Below are positions 1 to 14,718 of a DNA stretch of 64,000 bases, in pieces. Position numbers and translations under genes: made by a program. Positions within the stretch are counted from its first letter, which is position 1; the number at the start of each line of letters is the position of its first letter. The notes under the pieces were generated by a model. That model was not told the DNA's origin. It saw only the letters and a program-made list of their open reading frames with translations, and searched no databases. Origin of the DNA: Piromyces finnis finn (taxonomy: Eukaryota; Fungi; Neocallimastigomycota); assembly GCA_002104945.1 (NCBI GenBank), contig MCFH01000014.1, forward strand, positions 372,001-436,000, read 5' to 3'.

Positions 1-865
1 TTTAAATTTTATAAAAATGTTTTTATTAAAATTGCAAAATGTTATTAATCCTATAAAAATATACAAGAAGTAATTAAAAAATATTCAAATTTTCTCTCTT
101 TTTCTTTTTTTATTACTAAATATATAAATATAAAAGAAATAAATAAAATATATTTTTATTATAAAATTGTATTAGGTATACTATATTTTATAAATTGAAC
201 TATTTATTTTGATATGAAACATAGCTACAAATTAGTCCTATTTAAAATAATTTTTATTATTTAAAATATGTAATTTCATATTTAAAAATTTATATTAAAT
301 ATTTTATAATAATAATATAATAATTGATATATATTATAATATATTATTTATATATTAATTACAAAATATATTTACATATTTAATTATTTAATTATATTCT
401 TAAATATTAATATATATTAGTATTTATTTATTCCTATATTCATTATTAAATGTATAGTTACATTTTATTGTAATACTTATTTGTATTACATTATTTTTAC
501 TTTTATAGTAATATTTCTTTTAAAAATACTGTAAAATATATTATATTATATCCTATTTAATAATTATTCATATATTATTCATATATTACATTTTATAATT
601 GATATTCAATTATATTTAATTATAGGAATTTTATAATATAAAGATATTCATGAAAAATAATTAATAATAAAAGAAAGATTTAATATTTAATAATAAAATA
701 TAATAATTAAATAAGTGAAATTATTAGTAAGATAATTATAATAGTAAAATATTTTCACATAATATAATAAATTATAAATAAACTAATATTAAATGACTAC
801 AACATAAAAGAAACATATATAAGTTTGTATATCATTTATTAATTTCTATGTTAAATTTTATTTTT

Positions 866-987
866 AACATTAAATCAATTTACGTAATACGATAATTGGT
901 TAAAAAGGTACATTATATATAAATGTACATTATTAAACATTAAATCAATTTACGTAATACGATAGTTGGTTAAAAAGGTACATTATA
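866..987. repeat. Tandem duplication, ~52-bp unit at 70-bp period
   Basis: aacattaaatcaatttacgtaatacgata(a/g)ttggttaaaaaggtacattata occurs at 866-917 and 936-987 with one mismatch. Confidence 0.9.
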
Positions 988-1756
988 GTATTTAACATCA
1001 GCTTATATCTTTAATTTTATATATCCCATTGTTACTACTTATTGTGTATATTACATTATACAAAATTTATTCCATTTTATAATATATAATGTAATTTTAT
1101 ATAAAAATAAAAATATAAGTAATGCATGTTATATTAATTTATTTTTCAGTTTACATAGTTTACATGTATAATTTTAAAGTTACATCATATAGTTAATTTT
1201 ATTTTCGGTTTTAATATATTAAATATTGTTCGGTAATATGTCTTTTTTTTTTTTTTTATGATGAAGTTTTATATAAAAATATTATATAATTACTAATGGA
1301 AATAGAATGTGTAGAAGATATAAGATTTGTATTTGTAATATCAAAAAGTTTAATATAAGCTTTTTTCAATGATGCCTTCAAGTTCAAAATAATTGAACTT
1401 TATGCAAATTTAAATTTAATTTAGTATTTAATATAAATAAACAATAAAATGTAATCATTTTTTTTTATTTTCTATATATCATTACTTTTCATATTTGTAT
1501 AAATTAAGGAAATCATTTTTATTATTATAATAATTAAAAACTATAACCATTTTTATTATACTACATATAGAAATAACTATAAATTTAGTTCAAGAAAATG
1601 ATTTCCTTTCGCATCTTATAGGACTAGCTGATAATATTTAATGAATTTTTGAACTATTTCTGAATAAAACTTTTATCGATAAAACCTAAATAAATTAGTA
1701 TTTATTAACTTCAAAATTAATAAAATACTACTGTATTAGTAGAGGTATTTTCCAAA

Positions 1757-1978
<222 letters not shown>

Positions 1979-2207
1979 TATCATAATGTTTTAAAATAAA
2001 AAAAAATTATTCTATTTCATTTCATTTATTGTATAGTCCAAAATCTATAAAAGGTGGGGTAAAAAGTAGCCTTAAATATCTTTTTCTTTTTTTCTTTTTT
2101 TCTTTTTTTTAAAAAAAAAAAAAAATCAATACCAATAGGAATACAATTATTGATGCGAATATCCAGTCATTTATATAAAAAAAAATATTTGTTTTCTTTC
2201 AATTTTC

Positions 2208-2209
<2 letters not shown>

Positions 2210-2243
<34 letters not shown>

Positions 2244-5200
2244 CTAGGAAAAGGATACAAATCTTTTATTTATTTATTTAATTTGTGATTTTACATATTG
2301 ATATAATAAATAATAAATAAAAATAATAAAATATATATAAATAAAAATATAAATATAAAATAATATAAAATAATTATTTAAGTTGCATAAAAGTTCAATG
2401 AACTCTGTAATTTGTACTGTGTGGGATTGGTCCCTACCTAATAAATTAAATGAAATAAAAAAGAAAAGTAACATCAGGTATGATAGTGTGGTGTCCACTA
2501 AACTCTCCCTTGAGTTCATAATGTTTTCATTCGAAGAAATACTAACATTGAACCCTGTGTACGGAACACTGAGAATGTTCCTTTGCCATATCAATACGAC
2601 GTCGGCGCTCTTAATTACGCTAGGTGTCTTACTAAATCTATCAAAAAGTAGCTTCATAGAGCTACTAATTATAGAAATTGTTTTAGTAAGAAAAGCCGCG
2701 AGACCCTCTACCTATGGAACATGAGACCCCAATAAACTGTAAAGCTGTTCATTCAAATGTCTTTATTCCGCCTTATCGATTTGTAGCTCATCATAAGCTA
2801 AAGTTCCACCAAGAAGGAACGTAAAAATATAGTTATAAATTGTTTTTCTTACTTCCATTTCAGGGAGTAAGTATGTGATGAATTGATTCTTATATTTATT
2901 GTAAAAAAAGGGTAAAAGATCGTCAAGAAAGCAAAGTGAAGAAGTTCTGTATTCAGAGAATGCAGAACATTCTAATATCCAATGGTAAAAAGATTGTTCG
3001 TCATATCCGCAACATGGACAGACAAGAGGGCAGTCAGGAGTAACTCTATTACTGGCAATAGCAATTCGGGTAGTGTATTCATAACTGCATCGAATACGAA
3101 TAATCCAGATAATTCCTAAATTTAAGTGAGGTTTGTTGAGACCGATAGGCATTAGGCGATTTGAATTAAGGAATTTGTTGTTAGTATATCTGAGGGCTTT
3201 ACTTCCATTATTTAGGCTACTATTATTCCAATAATATTCTCTAATATCTTTAGTACTTTTAATATTTATTTCCATAAGCTTCTTATGAAGTGAACAAGAT
3301 TCTTTGGCCCAAGAGTAATGAGACATGGGAGGAATAGATCAGACGAGATCTTTAATAATACAATTTGATTTTCTCCATTTAACAAAGCATTTCACTTGTT
3401 GCGCAGCACAAATACCTGAAAGGGTAGGAATCTTCATATCTCTTGTAAGGGCATACAGACTAATAAATGAATTTCGTTCAAAAACAAAATCTTTGTTATT
3501 AAGACTTTTATTGTGGAAGCTATTGACACTCCATAAAACAGCAGTATTGATAAGAGATTGGACTCTTCTAGTTCTATTTTTGTTGGAACCAAGTAAAGGA
3601 GCATAATAAGAGACTTTGCTTAAAATATAGGAATGAATATTACTATATTTTTTAAGCCAATAGGAACACAGTTGTTAGTGAGGAAGCTCTTAAAAGAGAA
3701 TAAAGATTTCTGAACTTTTTTGTACATATTAGACAAAATAGGAGTCAGAGAAAGTTTTTCGTCGAATGGGATTCCAAGATAAGTATAGCAAGAAACCTTT
3801 GGAATCGAGTATATACTGATGTAAAATGTTGGGTCGACATAACTAAGGGATCTATTAAAGTTGATAGGCTTAACAACAATAGTTGCACATTTATTTATTC
3901 CGAAAGGCATTTCATTTAAATTAGCCCAATCAAGGACTAGATTGAGCATCTTTTGAAGGTTCTTCTTGCTAGGAGCAATCAGAACAACGTCATCGGCGAA
4001 AAGGCCACCACAGCAACATTTATTTCCTAAGCTAACTCCAAGCCTTTCACATTTACTTAAAATATCATTGATGAAGAGATTAAATAGAATAGGAGAAAGA
4101 GGACATCCTTGTCTTACACCACGATTGATAGGGAATTCATTAGAAAGCATATCCAAGAAACGTGCACGAGCTTTTGAGGTAGAGTAGAGATTATTGAGAA
4201 AATCAAAACACTTACTACGTATACCTAATTTATATAGCTTTGTAAGGATATTAAGAATAGGAACTGAGTCGTATGCTTTTTTAAGGTCTAGAAAAGCAAC
4301 ATAAGTGGCGTTTCCTTTAAATTTTCTTCTTTGACAGATTTCTCTATGGAAATAAATAAGCTAATGCATTCTTCTTTAATGCGAAAACCAAATTGCTCAG
4401 GTCTTATAAAATTATGAGAAAGAGCATACTTTGAAATTCTATCAGTTACAATTTTTGAAATGATTTTATGACCTACGTTGATGAGAGAAATACCACGATA
4501 ATTATTGCAATCTGAAAGATCGCCTTTCTTTGAAAAAGAAACAATGGAAGCAGAGTTCCATTTCAAAGGAAAGGATCCATTCCAAATTTTATTGAAAATT
4601 AATTTAAGACAATTTCCGGCAGACTTATGTTCTTTTTCCAGTTCTTCATTACAAAAGAAAGCTTTGAAGAATTCAATTGGGATACCATCGGGACCTGGAG
4701 CCTTATTATTCTTCATTGACAGAACAATATTTCTAATTTCCTCAATAGAAATGGGATCATTAATATCCCATGCTATTTGATTGATATGATTGAATTGGAA
4801 GACTCTCTCCCAGTAACTCCGATTTAAGCTATGATTTGTAACATCAGATGCAAGATTTTCATAATGTTCAGCCCGACGTTTTAATTGTTCTTGAGGAGTA
4901 AATAAATCCTTGCCATTCTTGTCCTTAAGAGTTGAAACATGAGAGGATGAATAACTTGGTCTGGCAAGTTTTTTAAGGCCTTTCCAACCTTGTCTAAAGC
5001 TTTTATCAATAAAATGTTTACCGATAGAAACAATATTAGCTTTATAGAGATTGGATCTGAATTTACTCTTAACCTTTTTGATAGTATTACATAAATTTTG
5101 GTATATGGAGAACTGGTTAAGATAATTATCCATGTCAACACAATCTGAAAGGGGTTTAATATTTTTGTAAGCCATAGAACTTTAGGATTAGCACGTCTAT

Positions 5201-6181
5201 GTACTGGTTTATAGTTCGGTAGGCATGGGGAGGAAATTGCATTACCGCAGAGGAATTGGCTGTTACCTACTTCTTGACGGCAGACACATACAGGTTTGAA
5301 AACAGAAATGAGGTATAAAACACCGTCCTTTTTCTCAGGGTTCCAACCATTGATGTTCCAGCAAGTACATAAATTGAAAAAGGAAGCATTAGAACTTAAG
5401 TGACTAAAATAGAAATCGTCAGAAAGTGGACCAGTAGTGGATTTGATAGATCGTTTGTTTTTGTATGATCTATTGTTTTTTAGGCATATCAGTGAATTTC
5501 CAAGATATTTTACTAGAGATAGGGAGTTTTTTAGAAAGTGAGTATATAAGTAACATGACTTTAAGCGGACATTTTCCATTGACTTTTAGAATGAAATAAG
5601 TACCGAGTGATTGTGAATATTTTTTGGTAAGGGATTGAAGAATATCATTGAAAGGTTGAATGTCCTTTAAAAGAAATTCCATTAGTCATTGTTTTGACCG
5701 TGAACTAAGATCATGGATAAAAATTAGGTATGATTTATTGGAGTTAGATCCGAAGAAACGAAGACCACGACTTAAGGTAGGTACAGTACAATTGGTATTG
5801 TTCATTTTGAAAGAACTTATTATAACAATAGATTTTAATAAATTGAAGAATTGAATATATTGATATAAATAAGATAAAGAAATAAAATACTTAGTAGAAT
5901 ATAAATAATATTAGTAAAGACGGATATATTATATAGCTAGTGGATTATTTGTCAAACAATATTTTAAAGTTTTATAATTGGAAAAGTAGTTAAGTTGTTG
6001 AAGAGCTTAGTTCTAACTCTTCTGAAGACTTTGAATGGGAAAATAAATTTTGAATATCTATCACTTTGAATTTCTGTGTTATAACTGTATTTTGAAAGCT
6101 TTTTATATTTATAAGATTTGTATTATTTATTGAATGATTATTGTATTGTGTTGGTTCTGATTGTTGGATTTGAACATTCAT
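2210..6181 (-). mobile_element. Decayed L1-like non-LTR retrotransposon; 5' boundary uncertain
   Basis: Minus-strand order: APE start (WNINGW, 5343-5360), RT (APGPDGIP, NYRGISL, GVRQGCPLSPILF, FADD), C-terminal CPCC...HWILEC zinc knuckle, a GC-richer 3' region, then a 31-nt T run at 2210-2240 (poly-A on minus). No target-site duplication found. Confidence 0.88.
2763..5579 (-). pseudogene. LINE pol (truncated APE - RT - CCHC), disrupted
   Basis: Split over ORFs 4881..5579, 4288..5175, 3620..4156 and 2763..3326 by frameshifts and stops; canonical RT motifs visible. Confidence 0.92.
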
Positions 6182-7473
6182 TAAGGTTATTTATGTTGGA
6201 AGGTAGAGAGATAATAAGAGTTAAAAGTTGTTAAATCAAAATATAATGGAAAAAAGATGAAGAATTTTGGATAAACATAATATTTATAATATAAAAAATA
6301 GAATACTCGATTTTCCAGGATTGAAGCTTTGATAACAAAAAATGTTAAAAAAAAAAAAAAAAAGGAGTTAATATTTACCATAAGAGTCCATAATAAACTT
6401 AATAAAATTATACAAACATATAAATATACATAATATAAAGTATAAAAAATATATATATATAGAAAAGAGATAGAGAAAGTATACAAAAGAATGTTAGTAG
6501 AAAAGAGATTCCTTGGAAAATCTAGAGTTTCAGAAAATAAAAATAAAAAAGATATTACTAGAATCATATAAAATCATAAAAAAAAAAAAAAAAAAAGCAG
6601 CGCCCCTCGAAAAAATAAAAATAAAAATAGAAAAATAAAAATATTAAAATATGATTATAGTAATGAAAGCCGCACCCCACAACGAAACCCAAGAATAAAT
6701 GAAAGGAATAACAAACTAACTGAAAAAACAAAACTCTCTGACTAATCAACATATAAAAAGTAGAATGGAATAAATGAACAAAGAGAATAAGTAATAAACT
6801 AGAATAACAAAATGTCTATGAAAGCTAAAAATAAAAAGAAATCAAAAATATTCAAAATCAGTATTTAATACTACCGAATCAAACAATATTAAGTTAAATA
6901 TTATTAAAGGTTGTAAAAAAAAAAAAAAAGACTTTTTTTTTATTATTATGATTTTATTTATTAATTTATTTGCAAAAGAAAAATAATGAATTTATATAAT
7001 AATATATAATTGCAATTGTGAATTTTTTTTTTTTTTTTTTTTTTTGTGTTTTTTTTTTTGTTTTATATTTTTTTTTTGTTTTATATTTTTTTTACGTTTT
7101 ATGTGTTTTTTTTTTTTCTGTTATTTTCTTTAGACTTGAAAAAATGAAATATTTTTTTAAAAAAAGAAATATCTTAAATATATAAATTCTTTTAAAAAAA
7201 TAATAAATTATGTTGTTTTATGAGAAAAAAAAAAATTTTTTTTTTTTCTTAATATGGTTTAAAGTACTATTATTAAAATACATGCTTTTTTATATATATG
7301 TTCTTTTAAACTTTTTTGTTCAGTGTAAAAATTCTTTTTCTTAAAATATACTTTTAAATAATAGAATATTAAATAAATTTTCTTTTATTTTAAATCACAT
7401 TTATATTATTTATGTAAATTGAATGAATACGACTTAAAATGTATAGGTATGTCTTTCTTTCTTATGAGAGAGT

Positions 7474-10400
7474 TTAACGAGTACCTAAGATATCATCAAT
7501 TTTCTAAAGTAATAAATATAAACAAAAAAAAAAAATTAAGTCATTGGTATAAAATATTAAAGGGAAATTAAAAAGTGAAAAGAAAAAAAAAAAAAAAAAC
7601 TTACCAAGATCATTCTAACAGTTTCAGTAGCTAATTCTAAGGCACTAGTAGAAACTAATAATGGTTGAACAACATTTTCTTCTAAAATATTTGAAATAGT
7701 ACCCTTCTTAATATTTATACCGGCAGTCTTTTCACCGGTCATATGTCTGTTTCTAAGTTCTGTAACAATAGAAACTGGGTTTAAACCAGCGTTTTCAGCT
7801 AATGTAGTTGGAATAATTTCTAAGGCTTCAGCAAAAGCAGTAGTACAGTAGGCATCCATACCAGTTAAAGTCTTGGCGTATTCCATTAAACGTTGAGAAA
7901 CTTCAATTTCTGGAGCACCACCACCAGCAATTAAAGCTCTATTTTTTAAAAAGAATAATGTTTAAATTTTTGAAAAGGAAAAATATTTAAATTATTATTA
8001 TATAATGTTTACACTAATGATAACAAATTATTATATAATTATTAAAAAAATTTTTTCTAACCTCTTCTTAACTAAGCATCTAATGACACAAAGAGCATCA
8101 TGAAGAGAACGTTCAGCTTCTTCTAAAACTAAAGCGTTAGCACCACGAACTAAAACGGAAATAGTTTTACCTGGGTTCTTAACACCTGTAACCTTAACGA
8201 TATGAGCACCGTTGGTAGTAACTTCTTCAACAACGTTAGCATAACCAAGCTTATCTTCAGTAAAGGATTCAATATCAGCAATTGGTTTACAACCAAGAGT
8301 CTAATAATTATTAATATTTGAAATTTATCATAAAAAATAAAGATATTTGAATTTATCAAAAGAGAACGATTAGATTAAATTATTTTGATATGAATACTAT
8401 ATGCTTGTTAAAACATAAATTTAATTAATTTTACCTTGCAAATAAATTCAACTTCGTCTCTTTCAATATCCTTAACAACCATAATCTTAAGCTTAGAAAG
8501 GAAGTGAAGGGAAAGATCATTAACAGCATCTCTTAAAATAGACTTTTGAATTAAAATACAGTTACAACCAGACTTCTTGATCTTCTTACACATATTTAAT
8601 AAATATTGTCTTTCTTCCTTTAAAATCTTATCCATTTGACGGTAATCGTTAACAACAATTTGGTTATCCATCTATAAAATTCCAGAATAAAAAATCATTT
8701 TATCGTTGTTAAATATTACAATGAAGATGAGTAATTTTATATTTTATAAATTTATATACAAAATATATACAAAATATTATTTATTATATGTAAAAAGATA
8801 TTTTTTGATTAATAAATAATAAGAATAATACAACTCTATATTAACTTTTTAATTATTATAATAATTTATAATTTCCAATAAAAAATAATAATTACATCTG
8901 GCTTTGGTGGGGATAATTGGAATTGAACTAAAGCAATCTTAGCCTTTTCAACTCTAGTTGGACCACCAGCACTCTTAATAGCATTTTGAGTTAAGATTAA
9001 ACCTTCACATAATTCGGTATCATCGATAGTACCACCAACCTTCTTAACAAGACGAATATCACGTAAATCAACATTGTTTTCAATTTTTGGGTCAATAACC
9101 TTAGTAACAGCATCAACAGCAATTGGAGCTAATAAGTTAGAGTATTGAGAAACAATCTTTTACGATTTTTAATAAAAATAAAATTTATGAAAAATAATGA
9201 TGTTAATTAATATGAAGATAAATAAATTTAATTTTGTAAATATATCTACCTTTGAGTTTAAGGAAGTAGTAGCACTCTTTAATAATGATTGTCTATCATC
9301 AAGATCAACTTTAATAGACATATCAGTTAAGAATTCAATAGCCTTGGAAGCAGATTTTTGGAAAGAATCAGCAATAGTAGTTGGGTGAATACCTTTTTTT
9401 ACATTATTATAATATATTATTAAAAATTTATAAATACTTTTAATCATAAAAAAAAAGAACAGAAAACTTTGCAAGAACTTGATACTATACCTTTATTTAA
9501 AAGTTTTTCAGTAGCATTTAAAATACTACCAGCTAAAACAACAACTGAAGTAGTACCATCACCAGCTTCAATATCTTGAGCAGCAGATAAATCAACTAAC
9601 TGTAATGCATATCAAATATAACATAAATTATTTTTTAAAATATTTAAAATTTAAATTGAATTATTAATTATTTGATTATCTATTAAATTTATGTTAATAA
9701 TTAAATTGCTTTACCATCTTAGCAGCTGGGTGCATGACAGAAATGTGTTTTAAGATAGTGGCACCATCATTAGTAATAACAGTTTCACCATTAGCAGTTT
9801 GGATCTTTTAATTTAAAAAATATGAATATTTAAATGATTTCATTATAAATTGTAAATTATAAAAATAAAAAAATAATTTGAAATTAATGCTTACCATTTT
9901 ATCCATACCCTTTGGACCTAAACTGGTACGAATAGCATCAGCAACAGCTATTAAAATTTAAAATAAAAAAACATAATATTAATTAACATTTTAATTCAAT
10001 TTAATATGTATTATAAAAATGGAATGATCTTTTGATTAAATATTAAAAAAAAAACTATTTAATTTTTTAATGGGTAAGTATATTATAAAATCAAATTTTA
10101 AACTTTAAATTGATATATATTTGTATAAATGTATTGAAAATATATATTCTATTTATAAGATTTCTTCTTTTTTGAAATTCCCAATATTTATTTGATGGAT
10201 GACAATTAATTGTAAAATTCATTGAATTCAAAATATCATGATTATTTTTATAAATAATAGGTAATACTATTATTTAAAATATAAATATTGTTCTCCTCTG
10301 AAATTATTATTCATACTTTAATTGAAAAAAAAAAAAATTATTGAAAATTTTATATAATTTATTTAATATTTTCAATAACTTAATTAAATATGATAGTATT

Positions 10401-10708
10401 TTCATTTACTGTATATAAAATTATTCCATTTTTCTAATTTTTTTTCTTTATTTTTCATTCATTCTTTTAATTGGTATTATTAGGATCACCTATTTACATG
10501 ACATTCTTATTTATAAGTAATCCATCTTTTTATTCTTTTTTTTTTTTTTTGAAAAATTATTAATAGATCCTTTTTTTTTTTAATGCTTAAAATACTAACA
10601 TTTAGCTGCAATAATGTTACTGTATCTAACTTCTGTTGGTTTTTCCTTATCGGAAAAAGCACGATTTTTTGAGGCGGAGGAAGTAGCTGCTGGCTTAGCG
10701 TCAACCAT
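7474..10708 (-). CDS. CCT4: Chaperonin CCT/TRiC subunit delta (multi-exon)
   Basis: Spliced reading [54 protein letters not shown], then GDGTTSVV and [19 protein letters not shown], ending [14 protein letters not shown]; GT-AG introns checked at both ends. Confidence 0.96.
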
Positions 10709-13190
10709 GATGTATTATTGATTATTAATTTAGTCTATTAAAAATAATTATACAATTTTACGAATTATTAAATAAATCTTTTAAATCATAAAAAAAAAAA
10801 AAAAGAAAAGAAAAGAAATTAATATCAAAATTAAAATCTTATTAACACTTTTATATTTATTTGTTAATTATAAATAATGTATAATTAAAAGATTACTACT
10901 TTTATATATGTATATATATAAATAAATAATTAATATTCGACTTTCTCTTTAAAACTAAAGGTGTTAAAAAAAAAAAATAAAATTTATTATATATATTTAT
11001 TAATATATTTTTAATATATTAATTAATATCTTAGAATGTATACATTTTTACAAAAAATTATTTAATTTTTATATTTCTATTACGATCTTCTTTCTTTCTT
11101 TTTTTGATTATATATAACAAGGTATCGTATTTTTAATAATATACTTTCTTATTTTGGGTATTAGTATATAGATGTAATTAGTAATTATTATTTTGTTATT
11201 ATATTTTAAGATGAACCTTTTTTTCAATACACACACAACACAATTTATAATTTACAATACAATAAAATTCAATAGATAAAATTTATTATTTTATAAAAAA
11301 TGGATGTAATTACTTTTCCAATAATAAAAATAATATATTATTATATATTTATATATAAAAATAATTAAGTTTCCAATAAAATTAATAAATTAATGAATTT
11401 TAATTAAATTCACTGGATCACACATTTTTCAATAATTTCTTACTTTTTCTACTACTTATTAAAAGAAAAAAAAATATTTTTTATAATATATTTATGTTTT
11501 TTTTACATAAATATATGTAAATTATAATTAAAGGTTAGTTTTTCTACAAAAGGTTATAAAAAAGTGTTGATATCAAGACCTTTAAACATTCCTAACAGCA
11601 TCATATGAAGTTGTATTATTTTAAATTATTTATGAAGATGTTATTCAGAATTTAACATCATATTATTAATAATAAAAAAAACGTATATTTAAATGAATAA
11701 ATATCATTGCCTTTTAATACTATTTATACTATAAAATATTAAAAATTATTTCTTTTTTTAAAAAAAATAATAATAAAAAGAATTAAAATTATAATATTAA
11801 TTATATTATAATGCAATTGAATTGTGATAAAAGAGTTTAAGAATAAAAATAAATATTAGAAAGTGCCATATTTAATTTTATAAAGACATAATTCACATTG
11901 TTTATTGTTTAGGTATATAATTTATATGTAATTGAAAATATTCATATTAATAAATATTATATATTAACATTAATACTAATAACTTTATGTTACTAATAAC
12001 AGAATATAGAATAATATAAGCAGCAACAACAAACACAGTAGTATCAGCAACAACAACATAACTATAACTATAATAATAATAATAATAATAATTAGAATAA
12101 TAATAATAATGATACTAAGTAATATGTATTATTACTAAAAAAGTAAATTTTAGGCCAATCATATTAATAATAATATTAAGAATAATTATTTATTATTGGT
12201 TATATACTATTATATATACCATCCATCAATTCAATTCAGATAATTAATTAAAATAATTAATTACTTTAAAAAAGAACATTCAATTTATTTCAAATATCTT
12301 CTTTTAGGTTTTTTTTTTTTTGGTGTAAGGGTGTATTAATGGTTTTTTCAATTTTCTAAAGGGTTTATATAATTATTAATAATTATTGTCAATGAGTACA
12401 ACCCCAACCACCACTACTACTACTCTGACTCTACTTGTATTTTGATATTTAAGATTTTTTTTTTTATATCATTAATGTATATAACAAGCCACATATAATG
12501 CTGATACAAACAATTAATATAATAGAGCCACAATATGTTTACATTATTTAATTTTAGATAATATTTAATATTATTTAAGAAATGTTTTTTTTTTTTTGAA
12601 AGTTTATATAGTTTATTGATATTTTAAGTATATGAAATATTCAATGATTTCACTTAACTTCTTTCACTGAACTTTAAGGAAATAATAGTGTAAAGTTAAC
12701 TATTTTTGTTTAAATGATTATTTTTATTAAATTTATAATTAACCTAAGGAAAAAGAATATTTATATTTTATATAATATATATAATATATCCCAATATATT
12801 TTATATTTATTAATATATCAAATAATAATAAAGAACTATTGTTTAAATTAAAAAATAAGCTTCATACTTTATAATATATTCAAATACATTATTTATATTA
12901 AATGTAAAATTACTTGTATAAATAATGTATCATAATAATAATTAAAATTTTATTTTTAATGGCTAAATAAAAACTATCTTGCGATTATTCATATATTAAA
13001 ATATATATTTATCTCCATATATTAACTTTATTAATATTATTTATTGATTAAATAATATAATAATAAAATTTCATTTTTGTTAATAATCTTAATATTTCTT
13101 TAATAATAAATAAAAGGAAATAATTTTATAATTTTTTTTTTTTTACTAAATTAAAATAAAAATCTAAATTATATTAATAAAAAAATAAAA

Positions 13191-14718
13191 ATGTTCATTT
13201 TTAGTTGGTTTCGCGATATTTTAAGTTCCTTGGGTAAGAGAAACCAAGAATTCAAAATATTACTATAAAGATAGATTAAGGGAGAAATCAAAAAAAAAAA
13301 AAAAGGGAAAAAAAATTACGAAGAAAAATATAAATTATTCAAAATCATCAATATTTTCCTAGAAAAGAATTTAGTGAATAAAAAAGAACAGAGATATTTT
13401 AATTTAAATTGGATGTTTAATTGACCAGTAGGATTTAATAATAAATAATAAAGATAAAGAGATTTGTGAAAACAATAATTTTAATACAGAAAATCGAAAA
13501 TATATAATATTGGCTTAAAAAAGTTTAACTAAAAAAAAAAGAAATAAATAATCAGAGTAAAAAAAAATAGAGTAATATTTTAGAGAATATCATAAAAAAA
13601 AGGGATTATTTAAATAAATAAACAGTAGAAAAGTAAATTGTTTATTAATAAGTAAACAAAATAATAAAGAAAGAAAAAATATAGAGTCTTTTAAAATATA
13701 CAAAATAAATAAATAAATAAATAAATAAAATTTTAAAGATCATTATAGAATATTATAATATATAAATATATGAAAATGATTATAAAATGATATTTTAATA
13801 GAAATAAATATATATGTATTTTTTTGTATTAAAAAATTAAATGAAAAAATATATTTTAAAATTTCTCATTAATACTAATCATATAAAAATAAAAAAATAT
13901 TAAAATAACGACAAAAAGGTCTTTACAACAAGAACGCTAAGATTCTTTTCTTAGGTTTAGATAATGCTGGTAAGACCACTTTACTTCACATGCTTAAAAA
14001 TGATAGATTATCTGTCTTACAACCAACTCTTCACCCAAGTAAGTATTAAGATATTATATAAAATTAAAACTTTAGAGTTTATATTTATATATTTGTTTTT
14101 TAATAAAATAGCTTCTGAAGAATTAGCCATTGACAACATCAAGTTCACTACTTATGATCTTGGAGGTCACCAACAGGCTCGTCGTCTTTGGAAAGATTAC
14201 TTCCCAGAAGTTGATGGTATTGTCTACCTTGTTGATTGTGCCGATCGTGAAAGATTAATGGAATCCAAGGCTGAATTAGATGTAATTAAAATAAATAAAT
14301 ATAAAATATTTAATATTAATTAGATATAAAATATAATATTAATGATTATTTTTATTATATTATACAACAATTAATAATTATAAATTAGGCTCTTCTTACT
14401 ATTGAAGAATTATTAAAGGTTCCATTCCTTATTCTTGGTAACAAGATTGATGCTCCATACGCTTGTTCTGAAGATGAATTAAGAATGAGTTTAGGTTTAC
14501 ACCAAACTACCGGAAAGGTAAAAAATTTTTTTTGATTTTTAAAAAATAATTATATATTTTCAACTAAAATTTGTTTTAAAAATATATTTTCGATTTAATA
14601 AAAACAGGGTAAGGTTCAATTAAAGGATATCCGTCCAATTGAAATCTTTATGTGTTCAGTTGTTATGAGACAAGGTTATGGTGAAGGTTTCAAGTGGTTA
14701 GCTCAATACATTGATTAG
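13191..14718 (+). CDS. SAR1: Small GTPase Sar1 (COPII), multi-exon
   Basis: [15 protein letters not shown] / [26 protein letters not shown] / [15 protein letters not shown] / ILGNKID / [21 protein letters not shown]; first intron ~685 bp. Confidence 0.97.

Noticed and set aside
2274-4780. ORFs 2274-, 2383+, 3325+, 3966+, 4505+
   Set aside because: Antisense to the LINE or inside its 3' UTR; no independent domain.
6187-6900. Hydrophobic ORFs and GC-rich words (gcgcccctcg, gccgcacccc) as the LINE 5' UTR
   Set aside because: Plausible 5' UTR, but no target-site duplication or boundary found; the ORFs are F/L/I-rich AT artefacts.
13234-13918. Unusually long SAR1 first intron as an ncRNA host
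   Set aside because: A-rich; no box motifs or stems seen.
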